Source: Eledone cirrhosa
Taxonomy: Eukaryota
NCBI GenBank assembly: GCA_964016885.1
Contig: OZ024744.1
Location: forward strand, 16,926,001-16,990,000
Direction: 5' to 3'
Length of the DNA: 64,000 nt
The notes under the pieces were generated by a model that was not told the origin of the DNA, did not search any database, and saw only the letters and a list, made by a program, of their open reading frames with translations. The translations under genes and the position numbers were made by a program. Shown here piece after piece: positions 26,082 through 39,800 of this stretch (the first letter of the stretch is position 1; the number at the start of each line of letters is the position of its first letter).

Positions 26082-26858
26082 ACTTTGAATAACTTTGAAA
26101 TGTTTTGGCCAGTATTGGCCCAGGCCATGTCTAACTTAATAGCACCACCTGGCGAAGTCTTTCAATTCAGGATTTGGGCACCATGGCCCATTCGAGAAGA
26201 GAATTACTGTTTGCGGAGACATATCCGGGTGTGGGTGGTTTGTCCGGGATTACTTGGAGGAATTTGTCCAAAGACTTCTTGAATTTTGTGTGGTCAGTTT
26301 CTGTTTTGACGTGTCCTGGTGTGATGTTGAAGAGAGCAGGGCCGATTGAGGTGAAATAATTGTGCCGTATTGGTGTTATGAGTTGCGATTTAGATTTTTG
26401 AATGGGACGGATAGTATGGGGCCCAAGCCTTGGGTGTATCTTGAAGGCGATGCCAACATCATTTGGGCAGTGATGATGGAACATTTTCCACATCATGCAG
26501 ATAATATAACGCTCACGGCGACGTTGGAGTGAGTAAAGTTTCAGCTTTTCTAGTCGACCCCAGTAGTCAAGGTCTGACATGCCATCTATCTTTTTCGTGA
26601 TTGCCCTTTGAGGAGCTTCAAGTTTCATGATACTTTGTTTCGTGTAGGGAGACCACAGTGGACAACAGTATTCAAGGTGTGGTCGGGCAAAAGTAGAGAA
26701 GAGAAGGATAATGGTGCGGGAATCTCTCGACTGGAAGGTTCTGAGGATCCAGGAACACATTCTGCGGGCCATGTCAACTTTGATGCTTATATGCGTGGTC
26801 CAGCTTATGTTGCTGTCCACGGTTACTCCCAAGTCTCTGATGTTGTTAGATGTTGTTA
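26082..26858 (-). mobile_element. CR1-group LINE 3' fragment (RT C-terminus and 3' UTR)
   Basis: [55 protein letters not shown]; tail (TTCAAAGTTA) x2 runs into (TA)n. Confidence 0.9.
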
Positions 26859-27064
26859 GAAAAATATATATATATGTATATATATATGTATATATATATA
26901 TATGTATATGTATATATATATATGTATGTATATATATGTGTATATATATGTATATATATGTATGTATGTATATATATGTGTATATATATGTATATATATA
27001 TGTATGTATATATATATATGTATGTATGTATATGTATATATATGCATGTGTATGTATATGTACG

Positions 27065-27096
<32 letters not shown>

Positions 27097-27154
27097 TATG
27101 TATGTATGTGTATGTATATGTATGTGTATATATGTATGTGTATATGTGTATATG

Positions 27155-27204
<50 letters not shown>

Positions 27205-27361
27205 TGTATGTATATGTATGTGTGTATATGTATATATGTATATATATATATATGTATACATATATATGTATATATGTGTATATGCATATATATATGTATA
27301 TATATATATATATGTGTATATGTATATGTATATATATGTATATATATATATGTATATATAG

Positions 27362-27416
<55 letters not shown>

Positions 27417-27572
27417 CGTGTATATGTATATATATGTATATATATATATATATGTATATTTATATATGTATGTATGTATATGTGTATATGTGTATATGTA
27501 TATATGTATATGTATATGTGTATATATATGTATGTATATATGTGTATATATATATATGTATATATATATATG

Positions 27573-27604
<32 letters not shown>

Positions 27605-27942
27605 TATGTATGTATATATATGTATATGTATATGTATATATGTATGTATATGTATATGTGTATGTATATGTATATGTATATATATGATGTATATATATAT
27701 ATGTATATATATGTATATATATGTATATATATATATGTGTGTATACATGTGTGTATATATATGTATATATGTATGTATATAAGTGTATATGTGTATGTAT
27801 ATGTGTGTATATATATGTGCATATGTGTGTATATATATATATGTATATATATGTATAGATATGTATATATATATGTATATATATGTGTATATGTATGTAT
27901 ATATATATGTATATATATGTATATATATGTATATATATATAT

Positions 27943-28136
27943 GTTATACTTGGGGAGCTTCATATTTGTGTAATATTGCCAGAATTAATAACAGAGCACA
28001 CTCATTGTTTGGTTGGTTTTTGCAGTGAGTGTGTTCTGTTATTAATTCTGGTAATATTATACAAATATGACCCTCCCAAGTATAACAATATTTGTTTCGA
28101 CACACGATTTCATATAAAAAACCTCGCAAAACTAAT
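27943..28136. mobile_element. Miniature fold-back made of two PLE termini (second copy 28991-29184)
   Basis: ~65-bp arms GTTATACTTGGGGAG..CACACTCATTG / CAGTGAGTGTG..CTCCCAAGTATAAC; related to 41991-42065 and to the tips of the large PLEs. Confidence 0.75.
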
Positions 28137-28163
28137 ATATATATATATGTATGTATATATATT

Positions 28164-28195
<32 letters not shown>

Positions 28196-28618
28196 ATATA
28201 CGTATATATATATGTATATATATATATGTGTGTATATATATGTATGTATATGTATGTGTGTATATGTATATATGTATATATATATATATGTATACATATA
28301 TATGTATATATGTGTATATGCATATATATATGTATATATATATATATATATGTGTATATGTATATGTATATATATGTATATATATATATGTATATATAGA
28401 TGTATATGTATATGTATATGTATATGTACATGTATATGTATATGTATATGTATACGTGTATATGTATATATATGTATATATATATATATATGTATATTTA
28501 TATATGTATGTATGTATATGTGTATATGTGTATATGTATATATGTATATATGTATATGTATATGTGTATATATATGTATGTATATATGTGTATATATATA
28601 TATGTATATATATATATG

Positions 28619-28650
<32 letters not shown>

Positions 28651-29211
28651 TGTATGTATATATATGTATATGTATATGTATATATGTATGTATATGTATA
28701 TGTGTATGTATATGTATATGTATATATATGATGTATATATATATATGTATATATATGTATATATATGTATATATATATATGTGTGTATACATGTGTGTAT
28801 ATATATGTATATATGTATGTATATAAGTGTATATGTGTATGTATATGTGTGTATATATATGTGCATATGTGTGTATATATATATATGTATATATATGTAT
28901 AGATATGTATATATATATGTATATATATGTGTATATGTATGTATATATATATGTATATATATGTATATATATGTATATATATATATATATGTTATACTTG
29001 GGGAGCTTCATATTTGTGTAATATTGCCAGAATTAATAACAGAGCACACTCATTGTTTGGTTGGTTTTTGCAGTGAGTGTGTTCTCTTATTAATTCTGGT
29101 AATATTATACAAATATGACCCTCCCAAGTATAACAATATTTGTTTCGACACACGATTTCATATAAAAAACCTCGCAAAACTAATATATATATATATGTAT
29201 GTATATATATT

Positions 29212-29243
<32 letters not shown>

Positions 29244-29300
29244 ATATACGTATATATATATGTATATATATATATGTGTGTATATATATGTATGTATATG

Positions 29301-29377
<77 letters not shown>

Positions 29378-29380
29378 ATA

Positions 29381-29427
<47 letters not shown>

Positions 29428-29473
29428 GTATGTATATATGTGTCGATATATATATGTATATATATATATATAT

Positions 29474-29702
29474 TCCGGGAGAGATGACCCCTTAGCCTTT
29501 GTCAAGGCAGAATTCTAGGAAAAGGAAAACTCTGATATAACACCTGCATCTCTGATGGTATCCAATGATGTTGACTTGTTCTTCTTTTTGGTAAATATCA
29601 TCTTGGTTAAGAGAGTGGGACTGGCCTTGTGCAGTTCCTTTGCTCACTATAAAAGCTTCACGGCACAGGCATTGCTTTATATCTGAAGATCTCTCTGCAC
29701 TT
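29474..29702 (+). repeat. Partial copy 3 of the 16477-16907 repeat
   Basis: Matches 24860-25088. Confidence 0.85.
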
Positions 29703-30030
29703 CCAAATATTAACAAAATAGATATTCTTGTGATCAATTATATTTTTTATACATATTGCAGAGGTACTGAATTAGGTTCCACAGTACGTTCTCGTCAGAT
29801 AAAATAAAATGATGCATGACTTACCTTGACATGGTTGATGGTTAAGATTTAATTAATGTAGTTAATCGCTACCTTGATTAAATCTTAACCATCTACCATG
29901 TCAGGGTATGTCATGTATCATTTTATTTTATCTGATGAGGACGTACTGTGGAACTTAATTCAGTACCTCTGATATATGTATAATAAAATACAATTGATCA
30001 CAAGAATATCTATTTTGTTAATATTTGGAA
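29701..30030. repeat. 330-bp fold-back with ~150-bp arms, each holding a core-mutated hammerhead
   Basis: Arms 29701-29851 and 29878-30030; CTGATGAGGACGTACTG..CAGTAC shared with 1919-1950; GAAA mutated to GATA and GCAA. Confidence 0.8.
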
Positions 30031-30238
30031 TTTATTTATATATATATATATATATAAATTAATATAAATAATCCAGTAGGTACTAAGTACCTACAGAAAT
30101 ATTCATGGTGTCTATAACAGTTGTTGTTCTATGGTAATAATTTGAGATACCAAAACTATAAAAATGAGCGGAACAAGTAAATATTAAACAAACTTTTAAA
30201 TAAATTAATATACGATTTAAATATTCATCCGTCCTAAT

Positions 30239-30318
30239 GCTGTGACCGACGGTTTCGCTTATCAAAAGATTTGAAATTCAGAGAATTTCCAATGGAAAGT
30301 ATCAACTCTTCAGACAGC
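30239..30318 (-). ncRNA. Type I hammerhead motif with GUC site
   Basis: Minus strand: GCTGT-CTGAAGA-GTTGAT..(~50 nt)..GATAAGC-GAAA-CCGTCGG-TC-ACAGC; stem I 5/5, stem III A-U plus 2 C-G, stem II imperfect. Confidence 0.7.
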
Positions 30319-30545
30319 TATTTCCATACCACAGGGCACAAAGCCTCGTAGTTTGTAAATATATCGCTTTCTGCCCGATGCATGAGGTAAGGCGTATAAG
30401 TGACCCACACATAAATAGGCCGTAAGAAAAACCGGGATTATAGACTCGTTGATATTTTATGCCACTATAAAAATAGCAGCACAATACAACATTTTTTTTC
30501 TTTACATAGAAAGATATAAAGTGATATAAATATTCCAGTATGTAC

Positions 30546-31021
30546 TGTGGTAAAATGTAATATCCTAGTTGGATTGTTTATCGACATAGACGTGAGGGAA
30601 GGTCCCTCGTCTATTTACCATTTTTGTAAGTGAGAATTATAACAAAGTGAGTGGGGTGTGTGCGTAAACAAGACAATAACCACAACGAGAGTTATATTTA
30701 ACAGTGTAAATAATAGTGATGTTTCTTTTATTTATATGTGTTTATTATATTACAAATGAAACATACCAAATATATACGTGATCCAGCTGTAGTGAAGGGA
30801 GCGTATTACAAAGGTATTGTGGTGTTTGCTGTTTGCTGTTGCCTCGGCTGTTTATCGTTTCGTGGTACAGAGGCTGTTTTTTGTGGCGTGTATACCGTCT
30901 GCTTTCCCGTGACTGTCTGAGAAAGTAATACTGCTGCTTACTTAAATAGTGTTTTCAACCAGGGGGAGACAACTAGGTCTGGTCCATTATCCGACAGGGG
31001 GGCGTAAGGCGTCTTACTACA
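30546..31021 (-). repeat. 3' LTR
   Basis: Direct repeat of 35753-36228; about 17 substitutions by eye, no indels. Confidence 0.95.
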
Positions 31022-31244
31022 AGATCCCCTGCCAGATTTTCAAATCATCGAAAATCGATGTTATTACTCACACGTGAAGTAAGATGGCGAACAATGCAAC
31101 AAGGGGGAGCTATTCGCTCTACCAATCATTAAATCCAAAATAAGGATTTGAAAAATGTTTAAAAAAACAACCTGCATGCATAACAAACAGGCAAAGAAAA
31201 AAGCAAAAACACAGAAGCAAAAAAAATGGTGCAGCTGACACAGT

Positions 31245-33065
31245 CTAAATATAGACGGTACTGCAAAGTTGTTTGGGCCAGTGGACCCTACGACCTGAAC
31301 GGGTCGTGGTCTTGTAACGTGGGGATGGTGGTGGTGTAGGGACAGGCGATGATGGTGGTTCAGGAACAGGCGTTCGCTCAACAGGCAAATACGAAGGGGT
31401 TCGTGGATCAGGAACCACAGCGCCCGTGTCAAGGTGTGCCTGCTTAAGCCTGTCTATCGTAACTGTCTCCCTGGACCCTTTAATATCTAAAGTGAAATGC
31501 TTAGCCGAGCGCGATAAGACACGGAAAGGTCCAGTGTAAGGCTGTGTGAACGGGGGCTCCACATAATCTTTCCTTACAAAGACATGCGTCCACGAGGCAA
31601 CATCCCTCGGGACAGCAGTCTTGACAGTTTGTTTCCTAGTGTCCATTGGCGGCAAATCCTGTAAATAGGAGCGCAAACGGGACACGTAGGAAGCGTGATC
31701 TTGGGCATCAAGATCGATAGGGGCAAGCATTTGCCCGGGCAACGTCAGAGGGGCACCGTACAGTACTTCGGCCGGTGAAAATCCAAAGTCGACCTTCACC
31801 GTTGACCGAATCCCTAATAGTACAATAGGGAGGTACTCGCTCCAACGCGCCAAGTCCATTGAGGCCATTAAGGAGGCGTTCAGTTGTCGGTGAAAACGCT
31901 CCACCATACCATTCGAAGCGGGATGGTACGCCGTAGTTCTGATGCGTTTAGCACCAATTAATGTTGACAGTTCGAGGAAAAAACTCGACTCGAACTGTCG
32001 TCCACGGTCGGTAGTTACTCTGGATGGAACTCCATAAAGAGAGATCCATCCAGACACAAGAGCACGCGCTGCTGTCTCAGCGGTGATGTCTTTCAAGGGG
32101 ATGGCTTCAGGCCATCTCGAAAAACGGTCAATTATGGTCAGCAGATAAGAATAACCATCGCTGACAGGCCAAGGTTCCACTATATCAACATGAATGTGCG
32201 AAAAACGCGCATCTGGGTTAGTAAAGGTACCCAGGGGAGCCTTGACGTGTCGATGGACCTTTGATTTCTGGCAAGCGACGCAGGAACGGCACCAAGAAGC
32301 AATTTCACGCCTCATATTTGGCCAGAAAAATCTAGCTGATATGAGCTTTGCTGTGGCAGAAGATCCTGGATGCGAGAAACTATGTAATGCCAGAAACACA
32401 GTCCGACGATGATTCTCTGGAACGAAGGGCCTAGGCACGTCCAAAGAGACGTCGCAGAGAATTTGGCCAACTGCAGTCGACAGAGGCAAGTATTTCATCT
32501 CGCAATTCGCAAACTCGGGTGATGTAACATCCAATGACTCAAGGGGAGGCTGATGCGCAGACAAACGAGTCAGATCTATGTCAGAGGGTGACGAGATCGC
32601 TGTCACGGGTAAGCGGGACAAAGCATCGGCCGCTGTATTTAGTGAACCCGGAATGTGTTGGATATCATTCGTATATTGCGAGATGAAATCAAGGTGTCTC
32701 GTCTCTCTGGGCGAGTATTTATCAGCCTTCGCTCTCAATGCAAAAGTCAATGGTTTATGGTCAGTGAGGATAGTAAATAGTCTACCCTCTAGCATATGTG
32801 AAAAATGTTTCACGGCTAAATAGATGGCTAAAAGCTCTCTTCCAAAGGTGCTGTAGCGCGTCTCAGCAGGTTTCATCTTTCTGGAAAAGAACTCCAGCGG
32901 TTGCTGGTAACCATTGGTGTTTTGCTGTAGCACTGCGCCCACAGCGATATCCGATGCATCAACACAAAGCGTTAGCTTTGCACCGGGTAGCGGGTGAGCC
33001 AGTAACGAATTATTAGCCAAAGCAGTTTTGGCATGCTGAAAATCAGCAAGTTGAGTGTCTGTCAA
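31245..33065 (-). CDS. Gypsy pol: RNase H + integrase + GPY/F-type domain
   Basis: [37 protein letters not shown]; H..SHPG..C..C; [40 protein letters not shown]; PYTGPF; TRSGR. Confidence 0.92.
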   Translation of the reverse strand: MTDTQLADFQHAKTALANNSLLAHPLPGAKLTLCVDASDIAVGAVLQQNTNGYQQPLEFFSRKMKPAETRYSTFGRELLAIYLAVKHFSHMLEGRLFTILTDHKPLTFALRAKADKYSPRETRHLDFISQYTNDIQHIPGSLNTAADALSRLPVTAISSPSDIDLTRLSAHQPPLESLDVTSPEFANCEMKYLPLSTAVGQILCDVSLDVPRPFVPENHRRTVFLALHSFSHPGSSATAKLISARFFWPNMRREIASWCRSCVACQKSKVHRHVKAPLGTFTNPDARFSHIHVDIVEPWPVSDGYSYLLTIIDRFSRWPEAIPLKDITAETAARALVSGWISLYGVPSRVTTDRGRQFESSFFLELSTLIGAKRIRTTAYHPASNGMVERFHRQLNASLMASMDLARWSEYLPIVLLGIRSTVKVDFGFSPAEVLYGAPLTLPGQMLAPIDLDAQDHASYVSRLRSYLQDLPPMDTRKQTVKTAVPRDVASWTHVFVRKDYVEPPFTQPYTGPFRVLSRSAKHFTLDIKGSRETVTIDRLKQAHLDTGAVVPDPRTPSYLPVERTPVPEPPSSPVPTPPPSPRYKTTTRSGRRVHWPKQLCSTVYI

Positions 33066-33216
33066 AAAATGTCTTTATTCTTCTTCCGACAATTTTTTTA
33101 AATCTCTGTCAGGGAGAAAAGCAATCTTGCACAATTTGGCACGAAACGCCTATAAAAGTTAATCAGGCCAAAGAACTGGCGTAACTGACGTAGTGAGGTC
33201 GGTGGAGGCAAATCCT

Positions 33217-34350
33217 CTATGACCTTAACTCGCTCAAGCCGGGGTCGAATACCGCAGCATCGATGACGTGACCCAAGAAAGTCAGTGACACAGCACCAAA
33301 AACACATTTGGGTGCATTAATCTGCACGTTATACGCATTCAATCGGCGAAAAAGAAGATTCAAATGGTGCGTATGTTGCTCTTGAGAAGAACTAGCAATG
33401 AGCAGGTCGTCAATATAGGTATAGACGAAATGGAGGCCACGAGTAACCTCATCCATAAACCGCTGAAACGTACTAGCGGCATTCCTTAATCCGAACGGCA
33501 TGGTCAAAAATTCAAATGACCCAAATGGCGTAACTATAGCCGTTTTTGGAATGTCCTTTTTATGGACAGGAATTTGATGGTACGCACGAATTAAATCTAG
33601 TTTGGAGAATATCTTGCATCCCTGCAACGAAGACACAAAGTCTTGCAGATGAGGGATAGGATAACGGTCAGGTACCGTTATCGAATTTAAGCGTCGATAA
33701 TCTCCAGTAGGTCTCCAATCGCCAGTCGCTTTCGGTACCATGTGTAATGGGGACGCCCACGGGCTCGTGGACGGACGAATAATCCCCAACTGCAGCATAT
33801 GATCAAACTCTGATCGTGCTGCTTTGAGTTTGTCCGGAGGCAAGCGACGAGAACGAGAAAAAACGGGAGCACCAGTTGTAGATATGAAGTGCTCCGTGGT
33901 ATGAGTTGGCTCATCAACTCGAAAATTTCCCTTAGTCAGTTGCGGGAACGAGTTCAACAACGCATAGTAAGTATCGCCGGTGTTAGCAAGAAAAAAGGTC
34001 GGGCTAACCGTTGGAACTCCTGCTGCCTTGCCAACAACAGAAAAAACAGTGATGTCATCAATTAGGCGTTTACGACGGAGGTCCACCGTCAATGAAAAAT
34101 GGTGGAGAAAATCCGCGCCTAGAATCGGATACGGCAAGGCAGCGACAGTAAAAATCCATTTAAACTCACGCCGCAGATTACGGAACTGCAAAGGTAGCGA
34201 GATTTGTCCAAAGGTTCGAATCGGCGAACAATTTACTGCCTGCAACTCAATAGGTGACTCAGGGGGAGTCTCCTTCATACAACACACAGGCCATATTGAA
34301 CAAGCTGCACCTGTGTCAACCAGAAAGGCTCTACCTGATAGCAGGTCCTC
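33217..34350 (-). pseudogene. Gypsy pol: aspartic protease + reverse transcriptase (frameshifted near 33250)
   Basis: FLVDTGA at ~34305-34327; ILGADFL; [42 protein letters not shown]. Confidence 0.92.
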
Positions 34351-35089
34351 AATAAAAAAAGTGGCGGTTGGATGATGTTTCGCAGAGCCTACTATCCGCC
34401 GTTAGTGACTCTGGTCGTCGTTTCCCTTGTAAGAACGATTTGGAACGGCTACGGCGGCGAGGAGTTGAATAAGATCGTGAGCGGCTCCTCTGGCACAACT
34501 CTGCCATTTGACGAGTCATGGCTTCCATAGTTTTGACTAATTTCTCATCACTCGCTGATGAGCGTGATTGAGGAAGAGAAGAGGAAGCAACGTACTTTGG
34601 CTTCGAAGTGTCTCTCTTCGTCACTTCTACAATTTTGTCAGCAGAGACAACAATGTGGTCGAGGGTATTTACTTCTAGCATATGGGCTAGGATCGCCTGT
34701 ACCTCTTGAGGTAGGCGAGAGAAGAACAATTGCTTCAGGAAAGGGCTATCCTGATCTTGGGAATCACTCAATTCTCGCAAATGCCGGAGAAAAACGGTAG
34801 GGGTCCTGTCACCTAATCGTTCGTCCTCGATCAATGACCGAAACGACTCTCTACCGACTTACAGTTTCTTCTCAAGATCTCGCCTTTTAAAGACTCATGC
34901 GTTAAGTCAGAGGGGGAGGGGGTCTGTAATTAGGTCTTGGACCGAATCTGCTAGATTAGGGGGAAGTCCGCTAATCAATACAGCGAGGCGCTGGTCAGAC
35001 TCGGTCTTACAGACCGTAAAATACGCCTGTAGCTGGGCGAACCACAGCTTAGGGTTTCCGGTAAAGGCGGGCAAATGTGGCGTGTTCAT
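34349..35089 (-). pseudogene. Gypsy gag, frameshifted
   Basis: LPAF...PKLWFAQLQAYF (34907 ORF) and LGDRTPTVFLRHLREL..LFFSRLP..V.AIL..AD (34349 ORF). Confidence 0.85.
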
Positions 35090-35752
35090 TGTGAAAGGTT
35101 TAAAATAAAAAAAAGATATATATAAACAGCAATTAATATAAACAGCAATTAATGTTCCCTCGTACAGGGAAAAGCAAACACCCAAAATGGAAAAAAAATG
35201 AAAGGTCAAAAAGAAACAGACATTCAAAACATTAGGAAATAGGAAAAATACATAAAATACATATATATATTTAAAAGAAAATTTTTTCCTTCAACGTCTG
35301 TCCCTTTGTGTTGCTTCAACGGGCAAGCTAAATCAAATAACCCGTGAAAAAGAGAAAAACAATGTTTGTCCTAGAATATATCCACGTTGGATATCAACAA
35401 TAGGTAGCCTGTGGCTAAAAATCCCTTAGAAAAAACGTAAGGCATGTATATCCCCTACGGGGCAGTAATGTTCACAACATTTTTTTTTTCCTTTGATCAA
35501 ATATGGAACACACACGCAATTCAAAATGTCCCTGCCCTGGCGGAAAATTACAAAACGGGGAAGGAAAGCAACGCCAGTTTGGAAATAAATTTTGGCTGGT
35601 TTGTATACCTTGTCAATACGGTATAAACACTTTATTATTTCTCTGTCTTTTTTTTGTATTTTCGTAAGTTGCGAAAAGGTTGGCAACGTGGTAATAACAG
35701 TGAAGTTCAACTGAATAAAAAGGCTGCGTAAAATTCTTACGTCGGTCACCAG

Positions 35753-36228
35753 TGTGGTAAAATTTAATATCCTAGTTGGATTGTTTATCGACATAGACGT
35801 GAGGGAAGGTCCCTCGTGTATTTACCATTTTTGTAAGTGAGAATTATAACAAAGTGAGTGGGGTGTGTGCGTAAACAAGACAATAACCACAACGAGAGTT
35901 ATATTTAACAATGTAAATAATGGTGATGTTTATTTTGTTTATATGTGTTTATTATATTACAAATGAAACATACCAAATATAGACGTGATCCAGTTGTAGT
36001 GAAGGGAGCGTATTACAAAGGTATTGTGGTGTTTGCTTTTTGCTGTTGCCTTGGCTTTTTATCGTTTCGTGGTACAGAGGCTGTTTTCTGTGGCGTGTAT
36101 ACCGTCTGCTTTCCCGTGGCTGTCTGAGAAAGTAATACTGCTGCTTACTTAAATAGTGTTCTCAACCAGCGGGAGACAACTAGGCCTGGTCCACTATCCG
36201 ACAGGGGGGCGTAAGGCGTCTTACTACA
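35753..36228 (-). repeat. 5' LTR
   Basis: Followed on the minus strand by the PBS. Confidence 0.95.
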
Positions 36229-36362
36229 GTACCAAGTACCCACGGAAATATTCATGGTGTCTATAACAACATTAGAACGAGTGAATATTTAAATCGTATT
36301 TTAATTTATTTAAAAGATTGTTTATGTTTACTTGTCCCGCTCATTGATATATATATATATAT

Positions 36363-36424
<62 letters not shown>

Positions 36425-36743
36425 TTGTATGTATCTATATATGTATATGTATGTGAGTAGGCTTATGTGTCTTGCATACATAGATTTGTTTTTTATTTCA
36501 TTTATTTTTATATATATGTATGTGTGTGTATATCTATCTATCTATCTATATATGAGTGTATGTGTGTGTGTCTGTGTGTGTCTGTATAACGAAGGAAGTG
36601 TGGTAGGAACCATATGAACTATATCGTACCAGAGTACTCAATACTTATGGTAGTAGAGTGGGTAATAGTAAATGTTTAGGGCCCCGACTATTCCAGAAAA
36701 AGTCGTCGAAACAGCTTGAGCTCTGCCCTCGGGGTTTGAACAT

Positions 36744-36798
<55 letters not shown>

Positions 36799-36805
<7 letters not shown>

Positions 36806-39800
36806 ATACTTTGGGAGGGTCGTGTTGCCAATAAGAAACACACGCACCACCAGCTTTCACTCCAATTTATTATAAATTAAATTTATAAATTTCCGGTTGG
36901 TTGGTTCCACAACTGGACGGTTGTTCATATATTGTCAAAGTTCTTTCGTCACACGTTCTGTGACCTCTTCAGTGACTGGGGATTCTTTTCTTTGTTTTGT
37001 GCCTCTCCTTTGTTCTGTCCTACGCCATCTTGTTTTTATGTGTGTTGTGTGCTTAGTTTGCGCATGTGTTACATCCGGGTGTCTGTGTGTGTTTATATTT
37101 GTTTATTTATTTGTTTATTTACATGTTACTGGTTGGTTGTTTGTTCTATGTGTGTGTGTGTTTTCATTTTGTCCTTAATTGTAAGTTGTGATGTTGCTAT
37201 TCCATTCATGCTTTGTATTTAACTTTGGTTAGAATTCATTTATGTTTATTGCCTCTGTGATTTGTCTAAACATTGCGTCTTTTCTGTGTGTAGATTCTAT
37301 TTTATTTCTATGTTCTCTAATTTACCCTTATGTTCTATTTTAGCATGTTGGCGGAGTATTGATGATTATTTTTATCTTGAAGCTCTCGCCAGTGTTCATT
37401 TAACCGTTCTCCTATACTACGAGCTGTCTCACCTATGTACACTATACTCTTATCTTTACATTGTCCTTCAATACATCTTATGCTATATACTATGTTTCTA
37501 GTTTTACAGTTAATATGGGGGCTTAGTTTACAGATTATGCATTTCTTATCTATACAGGGAGGTCTTTGAAAAGGGTATGTATTACTAATAAGTGTTTTTA
37601 TGGAGGTACCTGGTCTTTCTACTATCTTAATATTGAGTTTAAGTTTATCTAGGGCCCTTCTAAATGTGTAAGCTAATTCACCTCTAGGGGTTGTATTGAT
37701 GAACATTACACTCTGGTATTTATTGCTATCATACCATGAGTTTATTCTATTAACCTTATTCCCAATTCTTTCTATTCTATTCCAAAATTTGCTCCTATAC
37801 AAGGGGCAGGTCCCATTTGTGTCATTATTTACCATTTTTTCTCCATTTGGTTCTGGCTCCTCTATATATTCTGATTTTATCTCTCTGATTGTAACCAGAG
37901 AACTGCATACAGTGGATGAAGTGTTGTATGTGTCTCTTTAGTTCTTTGGGGTTACACATGCGGGACACGTTTCTCATCACCCATACCAAATCCGCAATCA
38001 GTATGTTGATTTTGGTGTGATCCGAAACAGCTGAGTTTCGGTGGATCAGATGTTTGGAGGTCATGGGTTTGGCATAATGGGAATGGAGGATTTGTTTTTT
38101 GTTATTAATGGTTTCTAACCAGAGCTCTGTGTCTAGTGCAGGTAATCGATGGTTGGGGTGTTTGCTTGGGTAGTCTATAGTAACTCTAATACTCTGGTGG
38201 ATGGAGTTAGCTATTTGCTGGATGCTTTCCATGGTGTTTTTCTCTAATTCCTGACTGTTCTATAGTGTGTGCGTGTGTGTGTGGGGGGGGGGGGTTACTA
38301 CGATGTTTATATCATCAACGTAACGGTAGTACATTACCAGGGTTAAGAGGTTGCTGTCTTCTGAAAGTTTAAGTTTAAGTTTATTATCCCACCATACCAT
38401 GAATAGGTTAGCTATGTCACCTGCAATGCTAACGCCAATGGCTTCTCCCTCCTCTTGGGCATATGTTTTACCATTAAATTTGAACATATGTTCCCTAAGG
38501 TTTAGTTTGATACTGGCCCCCACCGCATGTGCAATCATTTTCTTTAGTTCATCATGGTTTTCGGGGGTCCGTATGGCTCTGGTCCACCCGTTCCATCTTT
38601 CTGTGTGGGTTTTGTTGGCCATTGAGGTAATGGTCGGTGGTCTGCCTCTTGCTGGTCTTGTAAGGCACAGACTGCTAAGGTCATACGTATCTAGATAATC
38701 ATTATGTTTTTCCACATCATCATATGGGCATTGAGGGTTTTCTCCCTATCCACATGCTCTTGTGGTGTTTCTTCTCTTGTGTTAGTGATGTGGGGTTGCA
38801 TTGCCTGGATGTAGACTTGACAGACTGTCAACCGACATTCTGCCAGACTTGTCTGTTGGAAAGCATGCAATCTCTCCATTACGCGAGCACTGCATGAGCT
38901 TACGCAAGCCATTTGCAGATTTTTCTCCCAGTTGCTGGGCCTCCATTCTATTTTGCTTCTTGCTATACTGTTCTATAATATTTCTAAGTTTAGATATAGC
39001 TATACTAAATTGTACTTCTGTTTGTTCATCGACCTGCGACGGCAATTGCGTGCGTTTATTAAAGCTAAAGTCGTGGCGTAACTCGTCGTAGGTCGAAGGA
39101 AAGATCGGAAGGATTATAAAAAGTAGAATTCCAGGCTGCTGCTTTGTGTACTATTGCTATTGTTATTGTTAGTTGTGTTGTTTCTATTTCTATTTCCACC
39201 AACAGCCGCATGGTTGTTTCTATGTCTCTCATTATTACTCCTGCCTCTTTCCTCTGGCTCATTGTTATTATCTACTCTATCTTGTGTGTCTGTGTGTTCG
39301 TCCTGGTTATTTTCTCTGTCAGTATCGATATTCTCCCTTCGCCTTTCAATCCCATTACCTTCCCTTACTTCTGTGTTACTGTCATTAGCTATTTTCTGTG
39401 TCTGTGTGTCTGTTAAGATTGTGGTGGTGGTGAGAGGCATAGAATGTGTGTGTGTTGTTGTTGTTGTTAATGTGTGCTGTTGTTGATGTGTGTTGTTGTT
39501 GTTGTTGTTATCGTTGTTTGTGTCTGTGTGTCTGTTATTGTAGGGATGTGTGTTGTATGTGAGTGTGTGTGTATGTTGTTACGTTTGTTTTTGTATTTGT
39601 TGTTTTTGTTTTTGAGGCTCCAACGTAATTTTGTAAATGATTTTTCTATTTCTGACAAGCATCTTATCATATTTACCTTATTATATGTGGGATATTTAGG
39701 TGGTAGCTGTAATATCGATAATTCATCAGAGTCGACTGTAGTTTTGCCGTATATATTTATGTTGTTGTTGAATTCATCCGTTAATGAGATGTCGGCCATG

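Larger units (their letters stand above)
25270..29472. repeat. ~4-kb degenerate (TA/TG)n field containing a 1048-bp tandem duplication
   Basis: Unique island at 27943 recurs at 28991 together with the surrounding microsatellite variant pattern. Confidence 0.9.
30546..36228 (-). mobile_element. Full-length Ty3/Gypsy LTR retrotransposon, CsRN1-like, frameshifted
   Basis: Two 476-bp LTRs with TG..CA ends; 4-bp TSD GTAC (30542-30545, 36229-36232); PBS TGGTGACC--GACGT resembling tRNA-Trp (35740-35751); short PPT GGCAGGGGAT next to the 3' LTR; order gag-PR-RT-RH-IN. Confidence 0.95.

Noticed and set aside
25087-29518. Many 200-370-aa YIYI/MCVC ORFs
   Set aside because: Alternating purine-pyrimidine microsatellites contain no stop codons; not coding evidence.
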